Made by a program: the position numbers and the translations under genes. The notes below the pieces were generated by a model that saw only the letters and a list, made by a program, of their open reading frames with translations, had not been told where the DNA came from and made no database searches. Shown in pieces: positions 10,459-20,383 of a DNA stretch of 64,000 nt; position 1 is the stretch's first letter; every line of letters begins with the position of its first letter. The stretch lies in contig CAWIEK010000044.1 in NCBI GenBank assembly GCA_963835065.1, forward strand, positions 288,001 through 352,000, written 5' to 3'. The DNA is from an uncultured Chthonomonadaceae bacterium (lineage in GTDB: Bacteria > Armatimonadota > Chthonomonadetes > Chthonomonadales > Chthonomonadaceae).

Positions 10459-11855
10459 TAAGCGGCCTCCCCGCTTACCTGCCCTTCCATTCCAACGGTT
10501 TTTAGATACTCCTGTACGCGGCTCAATGTCCACCGCCGCTCCGTATCCGAAAACGTAAGGGTCGTCTGCGATGTTTTCTCCGCGTCCACCATTCTCGTAA
10601 TTCCAACCTTCAAGCGTTTGCCCGCTATATCCTGCACCAGCGTTACAAGCTGCGAAAGCCAGACGCTCACCCGCCGATCCTCCGTCCACCTCAGCGTCTC
10701 TGTAACAAGAACTGGAGAATGTGTATTTACGATAACCTGGCGCAGCGGCTGATCCATCTGCGTAAAATCAATGCTAAGATCCACCAGCAGTTCCAGCGCG
10801 GCGGCAATCCTGCCCGGATGGATGCCGTTTTCAGGTTCCTCAAAGCAAAGAAGCCCCTGATGGCGCTCATCGTGAAGCAGAATGCACAGCGCCAGCAGAC
10901 GCAAAGTGCCCTCAGAAAGAGTTCTCGACGTGAATTCTCGCCCATCCTCATTCTTCACTTTAATAATGAACTGCCGATTCGCGCGATCATCGAATGCTTC
11001 AACCTCGATGAAGTTAGGCAGGAACTGATTAAGGTCGCGGGATATTTCCGTCAGCGCATAGGGATCGTTGCGCTGAATGCGAAACAGGGCTGCGGCCATA
11101 TTTTGCCCGGTTTGCGTAATCTGATCGTTCGTATTCGGCCCTTGTCGCGTAGGCGCGCGTAAATCTTCTGGATTGAGCTGAAGAAACTTCCAGCTTCGCA
11201 TCTCTTTCCCGGCGGCAAAGGCATGTGGAAATTCTACCGAATTTATGCTGCTCAGGTTGGTTTGCCCAACCGCGCTGCCCGGTCTCTCCTTTCCGCCGGA
11301 TTTTCCGTCCTGTGGAATCTTGAAGGCTCTTCGGCCTTCCGGTTCCCGATAGATATAGGGTGTGCCGCGTTTTCCAGTCACAACCTTGGGCCGCCAATGA
11401 TGCAGAAACTCCTTCGGAATATAGGCGCGCGCCCACTGATCTTCGTCCTGCTTTATCGTCTCCAATCTTTCATCTTCGACCGTCAGCGTTTCGAAGCCGT
11501 CCGCGTCCGTGTGGCGCTTGATGACAAGACGGTAGGAGAGACGAGTATACTTTAATTCGGCTGTATCTCCCCAATTATCCGTTACCTGGCGATTTACAAG
11601 CAATTCCGTTTCAAACTTCATCTCGTCAGCAACATTATCTTTGCTGTACTGCGTGAACAGTTCGGACGCATCCCCTCTTTGTTCCCCGAAGGCTGTTTTA
11701 AGGTCTGTTTCCGCCAGACGCGCCAGGAGCTGCAGCGCATCGAACAGATTGCTCTTCCCGGACGCATTGATACCTGCCACGACCGTAAAGGGACTAAACT
11801 CCATCTCGAATTCGTGAAAGGATTTGAAGCCTGAAATTTTCAGTTTGGTGATCAT
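10458..11855 (-). CDS. AAA_21 / AbiEii-like ABC-type ATPase
   Basis: GFKSF, GINASGKSN Walker A, LSEGTLR signature, FEEPENGIHP, NTHSP. Confidence 0.9.
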   Translation of the reverse strand: MITKLKISGFKSFHEFEMEFSPFTVVAGINASGKSNLFDALQLLARLAETDLKTAFGEQRGDASELFTQYSKDNVADEMKFETELLVNRQVTDNWGDTAELKYTRLSYRLVIKRHTDADGFETLTVEDERLETIKQDEDQWARAYIPKEFLHHWRPKVVTGKRGTPYIYREPEGRRAFKIPQDGKSGGKERPGSAVGQTNLSSINSVEFPHAFAAGKEMRSWKFLQLNPEDLRAPTRQGPNTNDQITQTGQNMAAALFRIQRNDPYALTEISRDLNQFLPNFIEVEAFDDRANRQFIIKVKNEDGREFTSRTLSEGTLRLLALCILLHDERHQGLLCFEEPENGIHPGRIAAALELLVDLSIDFTQMDQPLRQVIVNTHSPVLVTETLRWTEDRRVSVWLSQLVTLVQDIAGKRLKVGITRMVDAEKTSQTTLTFSDTERRWTLSRVQEYLKTVGMEGQVSGEAA

Positions 11856-12065
11856 AATACGAACGCCTGTCTCGTAGATGCAAAAAGAAAGCCGCCACTA
11901 TAGAGGAGCGAAATAAGTTACTGTAGTTGATGTAATTGTACCTTTTTTCCGGCGCGCGATAATTTCGAGGGCAGCAATCTGAGGATCGTCGGGCAGGAAG
12001 CCGCGTACATCGGCATCATGTTGTACAAATCAGCCTTATCACCAAACCACATGACGATTACATTT

Positions 12066-12090
12066 GTAGGGGCGTGATTTATCACGCCCG
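12066..12090. repeat. REP-like palindrome (GTAG + hairpin)
   Basis: gtaggggcgtgatttatcacgccc. Confidence 0.5.
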
Positions 12091-12133
12091 CGTGGTGGGA
12101 AGTTATAGATTACGAACCTTAAGAATTCTCTGG

Positions 12134-12857
12134 TTACAGAAAGCGTTTGAGGGTGTCGGCGTTGCGCAGGGCGTTGCCGCCGCCATCGTTGTTGAAATAA
12201 GCGTAAACGTCACGGCCCTGTGCCTGCCATTCGCGGAAACGGTCTGCCCACCAGCGCAGGTCATCATCCGAATATGACCCGGCGTACAGCCAGTTGGTGT
12301 CGGGGCCGTGAAAGCGCACATAGACAAACGAAGCGGTTGCGCGCAGGACGCAGGGCAGATTGGCTCCGCTCATCACGCAGTACGCGGCTCCATACCGCTC
12401 CAAAAGCGCGTAAATTTCTTCCACGTGCCAGCTTGGATGCCGGAATTCCAGCGTCACTTTCAGCCCAGTAGGGAACGGTTTTTAGAAATGTTTCCAGCCG
12501 CTCGTAATGGCAGGCGAACTGCGGCGGCAATTGCACCAGAAACACGCCCAGATGCTCGCCCAATCCCCACATCCCCTGCGCCATGCGCTGCATCCATTCC
12601 TGCGGGTTGTTCAGGCGGGCATAGTGCGACAGGCCGCGCGCCGCTTTCACGCTCATCACGAAGCCGGGCGGCAGCTTGGCCTTCCAGCCCGCAAATACGG
12701 CGTCGGCAGGCCAGCGATAGTACGTGTTGTTGACTTCTACCGTGTCGTAGCGCGCCAGATAGTAGGGCAGCCGCTTGCCGACCGGCGTTTTCTCCGGGTA
12801 CAGCAAGCCCTGCCAGTGGTCATAGCTCCACCCCGACGTGCCGATGTGAATGGTCAT
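12134..12857 (-). CDS. DUF72 (YecE-like) protein, frameshift ~12470
   Basis: IGTSGWSY, VEVNNTYY, LVQLPP, then EFRHPSW, YVRFHG, YFNND in the next frame. Confidence 0.85.
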
Positions 12858-13081
12858 GCGCCCGCTCCCTTCCCGGCACCGGTTGAGAAAATGTGGTACA
12901 CTGGAATGTAACTATTTTCATAGACGTGCATTGTGGTTGTTTCGCCCTCCGGTATGCGTTGCCACTGGTTCGCGGTTTGCCTTTGCTTAACCCCGACGTT
13001 TGCACTTGCCCGCCCCATCTGCCTGAACCGGGTCTTCGCGCACAGCGAACACAGGCCGATTTCTCAGGAGATGTTTTTTTC

Positions 13082-14455
13082 ATGTTGTTTACGGATCTGG
13101 GACTCTGTCCCGAACTTTTGCGCGCCCTTGCCGATTCCGGCTATGACACGCCCACGCCCATTCAGGCGCAGGCCATTCCCGTGATTTTGCAGGGACGCGA
13201 CGTGCTTGCCGCCGCCCAAACCGGAACCGGCAAAACCGCCGGCTTCACCCTGCCGATGCTGCAGCTCCTTCGTACCCTTAACGCGCCCAAGCTCCATTCG
13301 CAGCGCCGAATACGCGCCCTGATTTTGACGCCCACGCGGGAACTCGCCGCGCAGGTGGAAGAAAGCGTCCGCACGTATGGCAAGTACCTGCCTCTGACTT
13401 CGACCGTCGTTTTCGGCGGCGTCAACATCAACCCGCAAATTGGCGCGCTGCGGCGCGGCGTGGATATTCTCGTGGCTACGCCCGGACGCCTGCTCGACCA
13501 CATTCAGCAGCGCACACTGGATTTGCGGCATGTAGAACTGCTTGTTCTGGACGAAGCCGACCGGATGCTGGACATGGGCTTTATCCGCGACATTCGCCGG
13601 ATTCTGGACTTGCTGCCGCCGCGCCGCCAAAACCTGCTGTTTTCCGCAACGTTTTCGGAAGAAATTAAAACCCTTGCCGACGGCCTGCTCAACTCCCCGA
13701 CCCGCGTGGAAGTGGCGCGTCAGAACGCGGAAAGCGCCCTGGTAACACAGTCGTACTATCCCGCAACCCGCGAAAACAAGCGCGACATGCTGGTACATCT
13801 GCTGGCGGAAGAAAAAATCGCGCAGGCGTTGGTGTTCACGCGCACCAAGCATGGCGCGGACCGGCTTGCCAAGCAGCTCGAGCGCGACGGCATTGTGGCG
13901 GTTCCCATTCACGGCAACCGCAGCCAGCCGCAGCGAACCCGCGCGCTCGCAGATTTCAAGGAAGGCCGCGCCCGTATTCTCGTCGCCACCGACATCGCGG
14001 CGCGCGGACTGGACATTGACCAGCTTCCCTACGTCATCAATTACGAACTGCCCAACGTGCCGGAAGATTACGTGCATCGCATCGGGCGCACCGGGCGCGC
14101 GGGCGTGACCGGGCAGGCCATTTCTCTTGTCAGCATAGACGAGCAGGCGTACCTGAACTCCATCGAAAAGCTGATGAAAAAGCGCATTTTGCGCCGTGAA
14201 GCGACCGGCTTTGTCGTTCCCTTCCGCGCCGACGAACCCGCCGAGCGTCCGGCAAGGCCGCAGCAGCCACAGGGCGGACGCGCCTCGCGTCCCTACGCGC
14301 AGCCACAGTCGCAAGCATCGGGACAATCGGCGCGCTTTGCGCCGCGCGGCCCGCGCCCGGCTGCCGCTTACGGCTCTGCCGCGCCATCCCGGCAAGCGCC
14401 CCGCAACGCGCCCCCTGCGCGCCCGGCACACTCCCTGCGCGCGAGCAAGCCGTAA
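13082..14455 (+). CDS. rhlE: DEAD-box RNA helicase, RhlE-like
   Basis: [43 protein letters not shown] caggag. Confidence 0.92.
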   Translation: MLFTDLGLCPELLRALADSGYDTPTPIQAQAIPVILQGRDVLAAAQTGTGKTAGFTLPMLQLLRTLNAPKLHSQRRIRALILTPTRELAAQVEESVRTYGKYLPLTSTVVFGGVNINPQIGALRRGVDILVATPGRLLDHIQQRTLDLRHVELLVLDEADRMLDMGFIRDIRRILDLLPPRRQNLLFSATFSEEIKTLADGLLNSPTRVEVARQNAESALVTQSYYPATRENKRDMLVHLLAEEKIAQALVFTRTKHGADRLAKQLERDGIVAVPIHGNRSQPQRTRALADFKEGRARILVATDIAARGLDIDQLPYVINYELPNVPEDYVHRIGRTGRAGVTGQAISLVSIDEQAYLNSIEKLMKKRILRREATGFVVPFRADEPAERPARPQQPQGGRASRPYAQPQSQASGQSARFAPRGPRPAAAYGSAAPSRQAPRNAPPARPAHSLRASKP

Positions 14456-14665
14456 ATCTGACCCGTATTTCTCCAGCCTTGCACCTATTCCCTGCAAGGC
14501 TATTTTGTTTGTGGCGCAGTTCAAATTTCTACAAAGCCCTGAAGGTATGCAGGAATTCGCCGGTACAATCAAGAATAGTCCAAAAGGTAGAGGAGTAGAA
14601 CGCCTATCCCGTTGCTTCAAAGGAATTACCCCGGAACACCCCGGTAAGCAACAGCGGCAGGCAGC

Positions 14666-14692
14666 GAACCAACACACCCCCACAGCGCGTCT
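14666..14692 (+). promoter_or_regulatory. Putative autoregulatory ECF promoter
   Basis: GAACC-N17-CGTCT just upstream of the ECF sigma gene. Confidence 0.5.
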
Positions 14693-14718
14693 TTAGAAGC
14701 AAGGAGAATTACGCACAC

Positions 14719-15339
14719 ATGGCGACCAGCGTTTGGAGATTAGCGGAAACGATTATGGCCCCGGGGAGCGCGGCTGCCGACGCCGAACTCAGCGACCGCC
14801 GGGAAGAGCGCGCGTGGCTGGATCGCTGCGCGATGGGCGACGAGCGCGCCATTCGCTGGATACTCAACCGCTATCGTGACCGTGTGGTGCGCCTGGCCGC
14901 GCATGTGCTGCACAATTCCCGCGAAGCCGAAGATGTGGCGCAGGAAGCGTTCGTCAAAGCGTTTCGGCAAATAGACCAGTTTCGCGGCGATTCGGGTTTT
15001 TACGCCTGGCTGTACCGCATTGTCGTCAACTTGTGTTTAGATCGGATGCGCCGCAAGTGCGTGTCGTCCGAATTTCCTCTGGAGGAGCGAACATTACCCA
15101 CGCAGGTGATGTCTAATCCTGATATGGAAAAGCGGCTCGTTGTGGAGCAGATACTCAACTCCCTGTCTCCCCCGATGCGAGCGGCTCTGGTTTTGCGCGA
15201 AATGGAAGGGCTGGAATACGCCGAAATCGCGCAGGTGCTAAATATCCCTGTCGGAACCGTGCGTTCGCGGCTCAATACGGCCCGCGAACAGTTCCGGCAA
15301 CGCTGGTCGGCCATTCAAGAGGAGGCCAATCATGTTTAA
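14719..15339 (+). CDS. ECF RNA polymerase sigma factor
   Basis: AEDVAQEAF, FYAWLYRI, region 4 YAEIAQVLNIPVGTVRSRL. Confidence 0.95.
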   Translation: MATSVWRLAETIMAPGSAAADAELSDRREERAWLDRCAMGDERAIRWILNRYRDRVVRLAAHVLHNSREAEDVAQEAFVKAFRQIDQFRGDSGFYAWLYRIVVNLCLDRMRRKCVSSEFPLEERTLPTQVMSNPDMEKRLVVEQILNSLSPPMRAALVLREMEGLEYAEIAQVLNIPVGTVRSRLNTAREQFRQRWSAIQEEANHV

Positions 15340-16042
15340 CCGTTGCTGGCGCTGGCGCGTCCTGCTTGCGCGCCGCTCCGACGGCACAATCACCCGTTCT
15401 CAATGGGGTTCGCTCCAAGATCATCTCGTCAGTTGTTCGTCCTGCCGTAAGCTCGCCGATGCCGACTTAGCGCTGCAAGCCGTATTCAGTTCCCGTACCC
15501 CTTTGCTTTCACCCGACGCCATTTCCGCCTTTGATGATCGCGTTGTTTCCGCCGTAACAGGGGGACGATGGCGGTCAGTCAACCAGCCTTCGTGGCTGGC
15601 GCGGCAATGGCAATCGTGGAAGATTTGGCAGCGGCTACAAGCGCGCAGCCGCGCCTTGCCACTCGCATTTTTGGCGCAGATCGGCGGCGGAGCCGTGTGC
15701 GCGGTTGCCGTGACGTCCTTGTTTCTGCTGCCCTCCCTGCATCCGCATACGTCGGTAAGCGCGCATACGGCGCAATTGCGGGATGTTCAGGCCGAAGCCA
15801 TGGAACGCGCCAATGCGTCCGTGCCGATGGAATCGCTGCTGCAAACGCCTACGCCGCGCGCCGCGATGCTGTGGACCGCCCCGCAAAATGGCGAGATTCG
15901 CCACAAAGCCAGCCACCAAACAATAGACGCGCCTGCTCCTGCCGCGCTGCCCGCACAGTCCGCGCCGTCCAAGACCGACGCGCCTGAAAAGCCTGTGCAT
16001 CCACGTCATACCGCCCTGCCGAATACAAGGGCGTTCGGTTAG
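15332..16042 (+). CDS. Zinc-binding (HxxxCxxC) membrane anti-sigma factor
   Basis: DHLVSCSSC, one hydrophobic segment, overlaps the sigma stop. Confidence 0.75.
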   Translation: MFNRCWRWRVLLARRSDGTITRSQWGSLQDHLVSCSSCRKLADADLALQAVFSSRTPLLSPDAISAFDDRVVSAVTGGRWRSVNQPSWLARQWQSWKIWQRLQARSRALPLAFLAQIGGGAVCAVAVTSLFLLPSLHPHTSVSAHTAQLRDVQAEAMERANASVPMESLLQTPTPRAAMLWTAPQNGEIRHKASHQTIDAPAPAALPAQSAPSKTDAPEKPVHPRHTALPNTRAFG

Positions 16043-16117
16043 CAAGCGCCGAAGCAGGTTCGGCGCTTATGGCAATCGCTGCCGGAAAGACCCACTTGGC
16101 TGCTTCCGTGCCACCTG

Positions 16118-18268
16118 ATGAAAACCATGCCCCGAGCGGCTTCGCCTGTTTCCGATGCAAGCGTTTGGACTTCCACGCTTGACGGGGAACAGGCAAGCGC
16201 AGCCGGGGTATTGCCCGTGCCGCCTGACCCTCTGCACATTTCTCCCCTGCCGGACCCCGCCCTGCCTCCCAAACCCGCCAAACCTTCCGGCTGGCTTGTC
16301 GGCATTGTGCTGGGCGTCCTTGTGGGATTGTGGCTGCTGCCGCCCGTCCGCTATACGTTTGGCTCCCAATTACGGTTTGCGCTGGCGCAGGACGGCTTGC
16401 CCTGGGCGCTCACCCTTGACTCGCAGCGCAGCCTGCGCGAAGCCCCGCGCCTGGATGCTACCGCCGCTATCCTTCCTGACGATTATCTGCTGCAAGTGGG
16501 CCGCGCCACCGCCTTCGTCGAGTTAGGCGGCGTGAAAGCCGCGCCTGCTTCCGAAGTCGCCCCTGCCGACGATGCCCCCGACACCTCCGACCACACCCTG
16601 GCGCGCTTGACCCGCGTAGCCCACGATTTCCCCCTGGCCGCCGGCGCCCAGGCCCACCTCGCCCGCTACATGATGGTAGACCGCGTCCGCATTCAGCGGG
16701 CCGAACTGGCGGAGAAGACGGAAGAGCAGGGAAAAGGGAAAAGGGAAAAGGGAAAAGAAGAGGATTCATCCTTCATCCTTCATCCTTCATCCTTAACCAT
16801 TCCCGCCCGCTACACCGATGTCAAGCTGATGCGGTGGGCGTTGAGCAATGGCGAACGGCTGGACCCGGACAATGTGTTCTGGCCGGCGATGCTGGCGTCT
16901 GCCTACTTCGCTGCCGGACGGGACACGCAGGCATTGGCGGCGTTGGCGCGGTGCGAACAGAAAACGCGGTGGGACTCCTATATTTATGAGGAGGTGCTTG
17001 GGCAGTGGCGCTTGTATTCCCTGACGTATGGCGATCATGGAGCCACGCAAAAAATCGGCCCCCTGTCGCGGATCGCTTTTCCGCATCTGCGCGAACTGCG
17101 CCGTATGGCGGAAATGGCGCGCTGGCATGCCGATCAGGAAGCCAATCGAGGCCACGTCCGCGAGGCGATACAGATTCGGCAGCATGTGCTGCGCCTGGGC
17201 ATTCTGCTGCGCGATACGGCGACATGGGCGTATGAGGCGCTGTATGGAACGGATTTGATTTTGATTGCCGCCAGTGATAAGGCCGTGACGCCCCGACAAA
17301 CGACGGTTCGCACAGTGGGGCAATGGCAGGAACAAGCGCGGGAGTATCTTGCGTTTCTGGAGGCACACGGGAAGAAATCTGAAGTCACCGTGCTGACAGC
17401 GGAAGTGGAGGAAAGCTGCAAGCTGCGGGCGCAGGTGGATATAGCGCGGGCCGATTCGTCGTATCCGGGCGTTCCCCCTGGTATCCCGCTCGTGCCGCTG
17501 TTCGGCGCGTGGATGACCGGAGTTTGCCTGGTGCAGCAAATGCTGCTGCTTGCAATCAGCGTAGGCGTGGCGCGATTATTGCAAATCGGAATGGAGCGCA
17601 GGACGCAAACGTCACGCGCCGCGCGCCTGACAGGAAGGTTTGTCATCACGGCGACAACGCTGATCAGCGGCGCGTTCCTGCTGACGGCGTTTGTGTCCTC
17701 GCGCCTGGCGATTGTGTTTCTCATCGGAAGCGGCTGCCTGTTCGCCCTTACGGCAAACATGCTTCAACGTCAATGGTGGCGCTGGAAGCGAACAAGTGAC
17801 CTCGACTCCTACGCCTGCCGACAAAAGCGCATAGACCAAAAATGGAACCGGGGCACGACCTGGCGCATGTTGATCTGTCTGCTCACGCCGTGCCTGGTTG
17901 CCCTGTGGCTGCTGCGGCCTTTGTTGAGCAGCCTGCATCCCGTCGCGCAACTGCTCACCAGCCTGATGGAAATGGAACCGCCGATTTCCCATGCGCGCAT
18001 ATTTCAAGTCGCGCTGTTATCCTGCGCTATTCCCCTCGTATTCGCGCTTGGGCTGTCGCTCTGGGCGTTGTGGCGCAACACTCCCGTCCTTGCCACCCTT
18101 ACCATTGGCCTGCGCCGCCTCTTCCTTCCCGCCATGACCAGCCTGGTCCTAGTTTACATCCTCCTGCTCCAGCAAACGTTAGGCTTAGACACCGAATCCA
18201 CCCACGCCATCAACGAAGTGGCCCGCGATGACCTGCATTGGGTGCTGACGCATAGTGAAGGAAAGTAG
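16118..18268 (+). CDS. Large hypothetical membrane protein
   Basis: Long ORF, N-terminal TM and several C-terminal hydrophobic segments; contains an in-frame repeat insert. Confidence 0.7.
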   Translation: MKTMPRAASPVSDASVWTSTLDGEQASAAGVLPVPPDPLHISPLPDPALPPKPAKPSGWLVGIVLGVLVGLWLLPPVRYTFGSQLRFALAQDGLPWALTLDSQRSLREAPRLDATAAILPDDYLLQVGRATAFVELGGVKAAPASEVAPADDAPDTSDHTLARLTRVAHDFPLAAGAQAHLARYMMVDRVRIQRAELAEKTEEQGKGKREKGKEEDSSFILHPSSLTIPARYTDVKLMRWALSNGERLDPDNVFWPAMLASAYFAAGRDTQALAALARCEQKTRWDSYIYEEVLGQWRLYSLTYGDHGATQKIGPLSRIAFPHLRELRRMAEMARWHADQEANRGHVREAIQIRQHVLRLGILLRDTATWAYEALYGTDLILIAASDKAVTPRQTTVRTVGQWQEQAREYLAFLEAHGKKSEVTVLTAEVEESCKLRAQVDIARADSSYPGVPPGIPLVPLFGAWMTGVCLVQQMLLLAISVGVARLLQIGMERRTQTSRAARLTGRFVITATTLISGAFLLTAFVSSRLAIVFLIGSGCLFALTANMLQRQWWRWKRTSDLDSYACRQKRIDQKWNRGTTWRMLICLLTPCLVALWLLRPLLSSLHPVAQLLTSLMEMEPPISHARIFQVALLSCAIPLVFALGLSLWALWRNTPVLATLTIGLRRLFLPAMTSLVLVYILLLQQTLGLDTESTHAINEVARDDLHWVLTHSEGK

Positions 18269-18376
18269 TCAGTAGTCAGTAGTCAGTAGCCGTTCTACTC
18301 ACTGCTTTGGCGAAAGTACAAGGCTTTGAGTAAACAGGCATTTCTACTGACTACTGACTACTGACTACTGACTACT
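18264..18376. repeat. Heptamer palindrome (AGTAGTC)n...(GACTACT)n between convergent genes
   Basis: Tandem heptamers on both arms; related copy at 40985-41107. Confidence 0.85.
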
Positions 18377-19626
18377 TTCCTCTGCGCCTGCGACAGCATC
18401 AAAAACTCGTACAGATTCTCCTGCGTGACCATGCCGATGAGATCGGCGACATCGGAAGACTCGGCCTGCATGACCAGCATGGAGCCGGTTTCGGAGATTA
18501 AGGGCAGAATTTCTTCTAAAGGTTCGTCGGGATGGACCCGGGCGAAGTGGCGGAGCATGATACCGGCGACGTAGGCATCCGGTCCCTGATTCGCCAATCC
18601 TTGCAGCAGGGTGGCGCGGGTCAGCAGCCCGACCACTTCTCCGCCATGCACGATAGGAAAATCCTGCTGGCTGCCGGCAATCAGGCTGTCGGCGGCTTCG
18701 CGCAGGGTGCTGCCGACCGAAAGCGTATGGAATTCCCGCATCATCGCTTCCCGCACCTGATGCCCCGAAACCAATTCCTGCGTCTGGAACATGGCCGCTT
18801 CCTGCTGCGCGCCTTTGTACACGAACAGGGCAATGAACAGCAGCGCCAAACTGCCGCTCCACAGGCTGTACACGCCGAGCAGCAGCGCCATTCCCTGCCC
18901 GATACGCGCCGCCAGCACGGTGGCGGTAACATCGTCCATTTTACGCGCCAGCAAGGCCCGCAGAACCCGCCCGCCGTCCATCGGGAAAGCGGGAATCATA
19001 TTGAACACGGCCAGAAACACGTTTGCCCAGAGTATCTGCGTCAGCCCGATGTGATTGGAGCCGCTCAAAACAGCGTTGGGAAACGCCGCGCCCGAAAATC
19101 GCAGCCACAACAGCAGCCCGGCGGCAATCAGCAGGTTCACTGCGGGGCCGGCAAGGGCAATCCAGAGTTCTTCGCGGGGCCGGGGCAGGGTTTCCAGCCG
19201 CGCCACGCCACCTATCGGGTACAGCACAATGTCCGTCGTTTGGATGCCGTAGGAGCGGGCCGTCAGCGCGTGTCCCATTTCATGCAGCACCACGCAGGCA
19301 AACAGCGCGAGAACAGTCAGCAGGCTGCGCGTGGACGCATGCCCGGTTTCCAGTCCCAACCCCGGCCCTCCCCACGCCACATACGCGAGGAACACAAAAA
19401 ACGTCCAGTGCAGCCGCACAGGGATGCCGGACAGCGAAAGAATACGAAACGACGCCCCATCATTGGCAACGCGCTTTCGCGGGATTTTCGCTTTTGGCTC
19501 CTCGTGATTGGTTTCCACGGAATTGTTGTCCTGTAAATCGGACGCATCGGATGGCACACGCCGCGTATGCTGTGTCAAAGTGTCGCGCTCTTTTTCCGCT
19601 CGTCTCGGAGGTAAATCTGTAGGCAT
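18358..19626 (-). CDS. Site-2 protease (M50) with CBS domains
   Basis: HEMGH, AGPAVN, NMIPAFPMDGGR, two C-terminal CBS domains. Confidence 0.93.
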   Translation of the reverse strand: MPTDLPPRRAEKERDTLTQHTRRVPSDASDLQDNNSVETNHEEPKAKIPRKRVANDGASFRILSLSGIPVRLHWTFFVFLAYVAWGGPGLGLETGHASTRSLLTVLALFACVVLHEMGHALTARSYGIQTTDIVLYPIGGVARLETLPRPREELWIALAGPAVNLLIAAGLLLWLRFSGAAFPNAVLSGSNHIGLTQILWANVFLAVFNMIPAFPMDGGRVLRALLARKMDDVTATVLAARIGQGMALLLGVYSLWSGSLALLFIALFVYKGAQQEAAMFQTQELVSGHQVREAMMREFHTLSVGSTLREAADSLIAGSQQDFPIVHGGEVVGLLTRATLLQGLANQGPDAYVAGIMLRHFARVHPDEPLEEILPLISETGSMLVMQAESSDVADLIGMVTQENLYEFLMLSQAQRKVVSSQ

Positions 19627-19750
19627 TGCGGCCTCCTAATCGTCATAACAAACTCTATACGCTTTACGCGCCATAAAGCATGAACATGCCGGATTGTCCG
19701 AACACCGAACACCGAAACCCAACACCGAACACCGGCATTTTGAAAACAGC

Positions 19751-19786
19751 AAACCCTCCGAACAATCCTGTTTGTTGGAGGGTTTA
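19751..19786. terminator. Intrinsic terminator-like hairpin
   Basis: aaaccctccgaaca-atcc-tgtttgttggagggttt. Confidence 0.55.
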
Positions 19787-19827
19787 TGACTGTCTTGTAT
19801 ATCGGTACGTAATGCAGGCAGGCGCTG

Positions 19828-20142
19828 TTAGCCGCGCAGCCAGTTCCACACGCGGCGGAACCATGTACGGAGGCGGGCGCGGGCGGTAGGCGGGTCGGGC
19901 TTGCGATACGTGCGCGGATCGGTCAGATGCTGCAGTTCCAGACGCCCGTAGCGGCGCACGGCCAATTCCACTGCCGCGCGCACCACTTCGGGGTTCTGCT
20001 CGAAGTGCCCGTGCCAGCCGCAGACAAAACATTCCGTGTTTGACTCCAAATTCAGCCAGCCGCACAATTCACAAATCTTGAGTTCCGATTCGTGAAACGT
20101 GCTGACACGTCCCTGCCTCTGCGGCCCCGCCTCCCTGGTCAT
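19828..20142 (-). CDS. Small zinc-ribbon hypothetical protein
   Basis: CELCGWLN...CFVCGW; SD ggagg; ECF-like TGAAACC..CGTGATAG upstream (~20256-20285). Confidence 0.7.
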   Translation of the reverse strand: MTREAGPQRQGRVSTFHESELKICELCGWLNLESNTECFVCGWHGHFEQNPEVVRAAVELAVRRYGRLELQHLTDPRTYRKPDPPTARARLRTWFRRVWNWLRG

Positions 20143-20383
20143 TTCCCAACATCCTCCGGTATGCACATAGTTCTCTTACGTAAATTCTGCCACTCCTCTA
20201 CAAATTGTGGCATTTCATTCTGCAATCTTCGGCATTTCTTCGCCGCTCCTACAACTATCACGAATCAGCCGGGGGAAAGGTTTCAAAGTAGGCATCAGGC
20301 ATTAGAGACTAAAAGTTCAACACCAAGATAAGCTATGTTCGACAAGCGCATTTCCTAATGCCTGATATCTAATGCCTGATGCC

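Noticed and set aside
18264..18376. Short tandem arrays as CRISPR
   Set aside because: 7-10 bp units without unique spacers, and no cas genes
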